Below are positions 10,064 through 38,799 of a stretch of DNA of 38,799 nucleotides, one piece after another. Every line of letters starts with the position of its first letter. Position 1 is the first letter of the stretch. The translations under genes and the position numbers were made by a program. Below the pieces are notes generated by a model. That model was not told where the DNA came from and searched no databases. It saw only the letters and a program-made list of their open reading frames with translations. This stretch comes from Catajapyx aquilonaris (taxonomy: Eukaryota): the NCBI GenBank assembly GCA_000934665.2, contig JYFJ02000917.1, positions 62,001 to 100,799 of the forward strand, written 5' to 3'.

Positions 10064-13000
10064 TTATGTGTAGGCGGTCCGCCCGTGGGCTTATTGTTGT
10101 CAGGGGATTTTTAACCGGGCGTGACATGGAATTAAAAGCTGTGCCAAGATCTTGATTGTGTTTATGGTGCTATTTTTAATAATTTTTATTTCTTGTTATT
10201 AGCTGAGGGCAGTGTGCACTCTCTTTGAGGTGAAGGGTTGGACGCACCCAAAGTAATTTGATGTTATTGCATAGTAATAATGTACACTCAGGGTTTATTT
10301 AGAGAGGTCCCTATGTATGTACCGGTAACAGCAGTTAATATTTATGTATTTATATATAAAAAATTGTTTGAAAGTTTTTTTGACGTACTAGTTACGATCA
10401 GATGTTATTTTTATATTGTTGAATTTTATAGTCACACATTTCTTATCTGGTATAACTATTGAGCTGTTATTTTTTTCAGTGTTTTCCTCCGCCTTCGGTG
10501 CAAGTGTTAGAATCACAGTGTGACATATTTTTAATAATAAAATGCAATTGGGATCACACAACTGTGTACATTCAGCCTGAAAACTGGTCATTTTGATACG
10601 TCAAACGTTGTGTAGAAACAGCCTTTTTATTATTATTTTTTAAAAGGTCAACATTTCTCTATTAGGGGAAAAGTCTATGAGTTGGCACTTAGTAACAATT
10701 TTCAGTGAAAATATACTACAGTACGGTACACGTACAAAAATGTAGAGCTTTACAATGCATACTTGTACAGCAACAAGGGAAGGAGATGGATGGTAATGAT
10801 AATAATTATTTATATAAAAAAAGAACGGAAGGGGCGGTAAAACAGGTTCACACCAACGGCAAACATAATTATACGTAAAATTTCTCTTTTGCGTTTGATG
10901 TACAGTAAAAAGTATAATTTAGACATTCACACTGCTGCTTGAAAAAGATAAACAAAAAAAGTAAGAATAGAGTTAAGCAGTAACACTTTGATTTGTCAAC
11001 TATCCTTGTGCAGTCAGAAGCACGATACGTCATAGTTTGCAGGTAGACGATGCCTGAATGTACGACTATCAAGCAGCATTTCCGTGTAGCAGACAGTTAA
11101 GCCCCAGCAAAAAGACATACCGTACGTATATTTCGATTTTTGGGTGATTCAATTAACACGGCTCGATTTGCAATTTTTTTTTTGGTAAGGGTGTGGGAAA
11201 GCAGGACAACTTCTTTTCAGTTTCTTTTTGTAAGCACAGCAGTGTATAGAAAGTACTGTACACGACATCATCACATGGCACCTGATACCAAGTAAAACAT
11301 CAGATATTCCTGAGATGTCTAAAAAAAATTGAATCACACCTGATTAATGCTGATCATCTCACGACTTGCTGTTGGTTTGTTACTCGAGGTGCCATGAAAT
11401 GTGTGATATATATTACTATAGGTACACTAAATCAGTGCAAATCAACGTCCTCGTCAGGACCATTCATCACAGCTACAGGTCAGCTCCCCATATTCCTTTT
11501 AGGGAGATAGTGTATTTTTTTTTAAACCGTTGCAAAAATAAACGGACGTTAACAACTAAAGCACAAAATGATTCCGATTCTCTCTTTTTTTAAATGAGAA
11601 TGAGTTACGTGTGCGAAACGTTTACAGTACTTTTTTTGGGGGTGATAGAAGAATATGGGAGATGATGCTCTAGATTGGGGGTGTTTGTTTACAACATCAT
11701 AAATTGGACTAATTTTTTTGGTTGTTTTCAGGGTTTTATTTTACTTTTTTCTTGGGGGGAGAAAAAAACACTCCAGCCTTCGATCTCATAACGTGCACAA
11801 GGAACGAAGATGTTTTTCTTTTTAGTTACTCGCTTCACAACCGCACTGTAAAAATAGGTCTGCACCTTAATAATCATCCGCATTCTCTGAATGTTAAAAG
11901 GGAAAAAGGTGTATTGGGGGAGGAGGAAACAAGACAAAAAAAATTTGGGGGAGACAAAAATGTAGATATTGTTGGGGGAAGGAGGAGGATTCAGTCATCA
12001 AACTTTATCATGAAAGCACAGCTCTCATCACAAACTTACAGGATTATATATTTTTTTTGCTCTTTTTTTGTTTCTGGACAACTCTATCAAAATAAATAAC
12101 TCAACTGCACGGATGCTGAGGAGCGGATTATCATTCAGTACCGATACACATTGAAGAAAACAAACAAACAAAAAAATAAAACCGTAACTATATACACTAA
12201 GTAAGCATCCATAGCAGCCTTTTCTTCTCGAAGAAAACGGCTCTTTGTATAAATCCCGATAATGTCGCAATGTGCCTTTGTGTGACCTTTCCAGCGGTGA
12301 CCAGCACCTTTATAATCAATGCAGTAAAAGGTTTTGAGGAATTGAAGCACGGGGGGGTTGGTAATACAATAAATTGTGGGGGGCAAACTCTCCCGCTAAG
12401 ACTCAACCAAACATACATTTTTTTTTGCTCATTTTTATCAGTTTTTTCGCATTTTTGTTTGTATTTATTGTGTTGAATCCCTCCGTGATGAGTACTTTTC
12501 TAATCTATGTCCCATTATCCCATTTGTACTATGCTGTGGCTGCTGCCAGCTTACCAGTCAATTATTCCCAAACCAAAATAATTAACAAATAAAAAATATT
12601 TCCCTGGTGAGGTATGGGTAAAAAGGGGGGTAGGGGGGGTTATGGGAAACTCATTCACAACAAAGCTCTACGCGAAGAGGTTTTTTAAATAGGGGGAGCG
12701 TAGGACGGAGAAGAGGCAAGGTATGGAGAGGGGGTAGGATCCAACAATCAAAAACACACACACCTGTTTACGCAGAGGTGTCTGTAACTCAACTTGTCAA
12801 CGCCAAAACGGGCCCCAATTGAGCATTCTGTTTCTTTTTTTTCCTGCTTATATCCCCAGTGGGTGACAACATATTTCCCCTTTCAACTCTCTCAGCTTCA
12901 TCTTATAGATTACAGTATGTACAACCAGACATGGTCTGTGGACTAGTAACGGGCAGGTCACACATCGTTCTCGTACCCGCAAGACTCATGAGTTCAGAAC

Positions 13001-14215
13001 AAAATTACAAGATATGAAATATGTCTGTCCAGATTATTATAAGTGCACATTTCTTCTTTTTTTATACAATTCAAATATATATAATTTCAATAAATGATAT
13101 GTAGACATTGTCTACGGGACAGGTGTGTGATATTCCGATCTCTTCGAGCCTTGGAAGTGTGGATGTTGACACAATTTGATGTTCGCTTTGTTTTTAAAAC
13201 ATTATCATGCTCTTTGACAAACGAAGCAAATCGAGTTGTCTTAAATGCACAAACGGGCGGGCNGGGGGGAAGGAGTTCTGGACTAGATTCAAACCGTCCT
13301 CAAGTCCCATTGATGATTAACATTTGTTGCGTCTCTGATCATTCTTGGGAGGATTAAAACAATCGCAATTAAATAGCTGGGGTACATGAGCAACCACGAC
13401 TTGGAACCGGTTCAGAGGGCAGGGCAAAGGTGGGGGAGGAGGGATGGACAATAAAATTATTCTTTGAGAAGGTACGCAACTTACATTATCAAAAAGAAAT
13501 CGCTGGGTCTAAGAGGTTATCCGCTATTTTGGTTCCTGTAGGTTCGAGAAATTGATTTGCGATGGTCTCATTCGATGGCAGTGGAAGCTGTAGTTTGAGC
13601 GCACAGGATTGCAAACAATATGGCATTGCAATTTGTGTAAAAAAATTTACTTTGCCGATGCTGCTAAAAGAGGTACAAAATATTGGTAATATTGAAAGGA
13701 GCTTTTAAGACTGTGCATCCTACGCTTACATTATGAAGCTGACTAATCCCCAGTTAATTGCTCCTGCAAGCCTGAGGAATTAACCGGCACCAGCTCAATG
13801 CCAAAAAATTTCAGTCTCGAAAAAGCGAGGGAAAAAATAATCACGTGCAGATTAAATGGACCAAAAAAATCCATCTTTTAGGAACCAACAGCGAACAAAC
13901 CTCCGAGTCCCAGCCCAAACTCGTCAACTAATGAGGATTTTGTTTAAAAAAAACCAGCGGACAAAATCGCGACCAGCTTCGAGATCCACCGGATCAGGGT
14001 GTGGACCCCCATATTAAAACAGCCTCTCTCCTTCTCTCAACCGCGTTTTAAAATAACACCACCCTCTGACACCACCACTAAGAAAGCAACAAGGAACAAA
14101 GCTTTTCTCTTATTTCCTCTTTTTTTCTCTTCTCTCTCTCGTGATCTCACTTAGGGGCAGACCACCAGCGTTGTAGCCTGAGAGCAAGCTTTCTGCAGAG
14201 ACGAACTGCTCGATG

Positions 14216-34753
<20,538 letters not shown>

Positions 34754-36633
34754 CTGAAAGGAAGATATGTCCAAATAAGGGGCGAATGTGTACGATTGAG
34801 GCTCATGGCAAACAAAATTCTATCTACAAAAAAATTGCACACTTTTTTGCAGAAAAAAGGGGGACATCCAAAGAAAACGACTGGAGTTAATACTTTTTGT
34901 CACACACATCAGCAGTGTCAGCGACATGCACAAGGCGCAATCAAATGATGCACACACTACAAGTGCTCAATTGCAAAATTATTTCGGGCAGGTTTTCACT
35001 TTTTCGTCACTTCAAATAGCAACAAAAACGTTCTTGTTCTAAAAAAAATTATACAGATTTTTCCGACGATATCATTAAGAATATTAATCTACTAGAATAG
35101 TACTTACTGTCAAAAATAATTTGGTGCTATTGCAAGTAAATTCAGAGTGAAAACCACTGAAGAAAATACATATTGTTCTCAATTGTTTGCAAGTAATACC
35201 CACAACTTCCCAAACATGTTTCATGTCATCAAAAAAAAATCAGCTCTTACATAAAACAATTTTACATAAAATATTCAAAGTGTAACTAGATTCTTCATCA
35301 AGTATTGGGGCAATAACGTCGTAGCAAGATCCACAGGTTGATACCGCCCAAGCCATTGTTCCCTCAACGAACGTCAATGCCAATAAACTGTCACACGCAC
35401 TCTCGCACACAGCATTGTTCCAGAATTTGCCTATCCAATATTTACCCCGTCAGTTTCAAAAAAAAAAAGTATTTTTTTTTCGCTTACCCACAAAACAACC
35501 CTCTGTACACCGTAACTTCCTCCACGCAACACGAGCAAACCGCGATGCACCAGCACATCTCTCCTACTGAATATGCTGAATATTTATCTTCCAAGCAGAA
35601 GCCAACGACTACCATGTATAGTCAAAAGCGCCACTCTGCCGGCAAGCCCACGCAACAAACAACTGGCTTCCCCAAACCACGTGCTCGATCCTTTAACCCA
35701 ACGCTGCCCACGTGTCTCTTTTTAAAAACCAGACCACCCCCCCCCCCCCATCCCCCACCCAATATAAAAGCAAACCCGCCCTAAACCGAGTTGTCCTCAT
35801 GCACTGGCACACTTTTGTTTATTTTCAGAGACCTAGTTTGAGCTGCAGCCGCATTTGACTGTAATGGTGCGTGTAACGGCGATAAACAAGGTGAGGGAGT
35901 TATTTGCATGTAGGGTGAGGCGAGGCACTAATTACGCAATTAGGTCGAGCGGGTCAATTGGAGGTCATAGTTTTTGTAATGTGGTTATTATAAACATATG
36001 GAAAATAATTGTGTGAAAAAAATTAAGCCATTAATAATTAACGCCCTAATGAAGACCATTTAATAATGTTCATTAATTACCATGTAGCGATGTAGGAACC
36101 TAATGTAATTTCCTAAGGATGAAATATTGATTAGTAGTTTTGCATATTTGGAGCTCTGTGCGCATAATGAACAATAGTGCCCAAAATTGGAAACAACCAG
36201 TAATAGCACGATGAAAAATCATGAGTCATCTGAAATTCACGACAAATACGGAGATCTGTTTTTTTTGTGTGTGTGTGATGTGCAAGTTTTCACCCCGCGG
36301 TTCAATCAGTTTCAGGTGGGAGAACCGGATAGACAATGATGAACATAAATGGAGTGGCTTGCTGATTGCCTAATGAATACGAACATTCCTTTCGTACCAT
36401 CTTGGTTTTTTTTGTGTTTGTTGCCGCCATATCCGTCGCCGAAGGCAACATTGACAACTTTATAACCCCGGAAGCTTCCCCAGAACCTGTGATTTATTTT
36501 TGTCACCCTCCCCATCCACCCACCCTTTTTTGCTTCTAAATTGGGTCGAGCATTTGAAATTTTCTACGTGCTCTTCATTCTAGAGAGAGAAGAAGAAGAA
36601 GCTCTTCAAGAAAATCGTTACCGACGTACCATT

Positions 36634-36641
36634 TGACGTCA
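36634..36641. promoter_or_regulatory. Palindromic CRE
   Basis: TGACGTCA in the PDE4 intron upstream of the UCR1 exon. Confidence 0.3.
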
Positions 36642-38703
36642 CTCTCTTCAAAGATGGGATATTTACGTGAAACGTTTTCTACCTTGTTATTTCGACTGAT
36701 TCGACCCGAGTACTGTACTCACAATCAATTGAAAGCACATCGCAATTTGTTTGCAAAAAAAAAGAAGTTTGAAACTAATCTGCAGAAGAAATCTTTTTAG
36801 GTTGATAACAAGGCTCGCGGTCGGATCAGAAAATTAGAAAAGAAATTCGAGCCAAGATATTTCGTTACGAAATTTTCTGGAGGCCTTCAGCAGACTCCGA
36901 CAACAGACGTTAGAGGGCACGCACATTGCGAATTCGCGGCGTGATTCGCGAGCCTAACTTCGCGCTGAATGGACTAAATTTATTGCGACTGTTTCCTGCC
37001 AGAAATTTTTTTTGGATTAAGCCAACGCCAACATTGTGCTTTAAGATGTCCTTCACCGTGATGAGCCTGGAGCCACCTGCTACCACCAAATATTAGTTTT
37101 TTTTTTTTGCAAAACAGCCGCCCACTTAAGGCAGACGCAAATTCCTCCGGAAGCTAAAACCCGTTTCGGAATATCCGGAGCTCGACTAGAAAATTACAAA
37201 ACCCAAGCCCCTTTCCCATTCGTTGCCTCGGCTGACAAATGAGCGCAATTTAAATCCGCTTATGTGCTCCAATCCTGTCCCCAAATATAGCCGCTATTAA
37301 TGAACCGTCTCCTTCATCCAACAATGGATCCATTGTCTATATCCGGATGACATTGAGGGGATATTTCGAGTGCGCTTATTTCTGACGTGGACCTAGTATT
37401 TTCATCTGCCATGTCATATGCAGACTTGCTTTCACCAGCAAATTCCTAATGCTCTATTCACAGCCTCACTCCCAGGCTAGTATATAGTGGAAAAGCAAAA
37501 GTTGAGCAACCTTGAATAGGATTTGTCAATAATGATGTAAGTTTTCTCCCGCCCTGTTTAATTAGGCTCTACCCTAACGTTGTTACAGTGATATGGTGAA
37601 GCCCTTTTTATACCCCCCTCGCCATCGATTAGGCCCTGGATCCACTTTTCGCATTTTCGAGCAACCCTGAGGGAGATCAGGCTCCTAACTTTTTTCTCTT
37701 TTTTTTGGCGGAATCCTAGGGATACACTGTTGAATCCAAGGTGGGTGAGGTATAGAAAAGTGGGCAGCAAATCCTCCAGAAAGCCAATTGCTGGGAACCT
37801 CGAGAGGGCATGAAAAGAGAGACCCTCTCGAACATTTCATGAATACGTAATGGACCAGATTCATACCATCTTATAAACTCTGCAGAAACCGGCCCGCATT
37901 GCAGACTGTTGATAACAAGGCATTTAAGCATATGAAAATTTGATAACCCGATATAAAATGGCCGACTCCATTATAGGAGTGAACTTTAGATTCCACATCA
38001 AGGTCTGACATTGAGTTGAAATGATATCACCTTTATTGAAGCTGCATTGTGACTCACTCTGACAATATAAGGAGCCAGGTGGAAAATTCACAAAAAGAAT
38101 ACCGCCTTCCTTTTTACTCCCATTCTTGGGTGCAAAAAGTCAAAGGGATTCCCGCCTTCTTTTTGTTCTCAGAACTTGTAACAGAAACAGAGACAAAAAA
38201 AATGGATTGGAGAATATGCTTCCTATAGCAGATATCAAAAGAAGCTGCTTCTAATATGGTTATATATTTTTTTACATTAGAAACCGGGCCTTGGCACGTT
38301 CTGTTCCAATTCGAGACTTGAGCGAAATCGTCTGCCATTTTTTAAAGGGATGACGGTTACGGATCCGAGTGAAAGGAACTGGTCTCGTCCATTTCTCCAA
38401 TCGGGACCAATTTGTCTCCTCCTTCAGGAAGGAAACCGAATCATGCTGCCTAAAGAAGGGTAGAAGAGAGAAACGGCTGCCATCACTCCCTATAAGGGGG
38501 GAAAAGGAGGGGTCTTTTCCAACACCTTCCGGGAGACGATGGTCGGATGTCGCCAAAAAAAGGCACAAAAGACGCGGATCTGTCCAAATACGGGCTGCCA
38601 TTTCGTGTTCGAATGACCTCAAGACCTGCTCGATCGTTATCGGCTTTATGGGTTTGTTATGCAGCACTGTTCGGTTTAGGCCAAGCTCTAAGTTGCTTTG
38701 CTA

Positions 38704-38799
38704 TTAAAGGGACACTCCACTCAAAATACAAGTTGGATTCTAAAAATCGGGCAGAAAATCCTGATTCCGAGGGTATAAGCAGTTTTCCTGAGAGACGAA
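38704..38799 (+). mobile_element. Possible left end of a TTAA-targeting non-autonomous DNA transposon (Kolobok-like), truncated by the window edge
   Basis: TTAA followed by AGGGACACTCCAC..., a terminus style common in invertebrate TTAA-specific MITEs; the other end is not visible. Confidence 0.25.

Noticed and set aside
35108..35156. 49-nt exon-like unit (ttcttcag ... ACA|GTAAGT) on the minus strand
   Set aside because: In-frame TGA in the phase needed to join exon 34753; at most a UTR or poison exon, with no support
38272..38707. 131-aa and 112-aa opposing ORFs, checked as the missing UCR1 RRESF exon
   Set aside because: No RRESFLYRSDSD motif and no phase-2 donor found; the exon is probably beyond the window

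Overview
Eukaryotic, intron-containing, moderately AT-rich DNA; the PDE4 sequence points to an arthropod. I could assemble three protein-coding loci by hand from splice sites and reading phase. (1) A multi-exon minus-strand gene at about 858-2300 that the ORF track shows only in fragments; its spliced product resembles the inner-kinetochore protein CENP-N (tentative). (2) A plus-strand pancreatic-lipase-family gene with 9 well-supported coding exons at 6424-9564 and an uncertain first coding exon. It has a furin-type site, an intact Ser-Asp-His triad, a full-length lid, a PLAT domain, a ~290-aa low-complexity tail and one GC-AG intron. (3) The 3' 12 coding exons (14216-34753, minus strand) of a dunce/PDE4 cAMP phosphodiesterase, convergent with the lipase; its 5' exons lie beyond the window. 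The 8.8-kb PDE4 intron 21526-30352 holds candidate alternative first exons and a CRE/TATA promoter-like module, suggesting cAMP-inducible super-short isoforms. No rRNA, tRNA, CRISPR or intact transposase was recognised. Most ORF-track entries are spurious.
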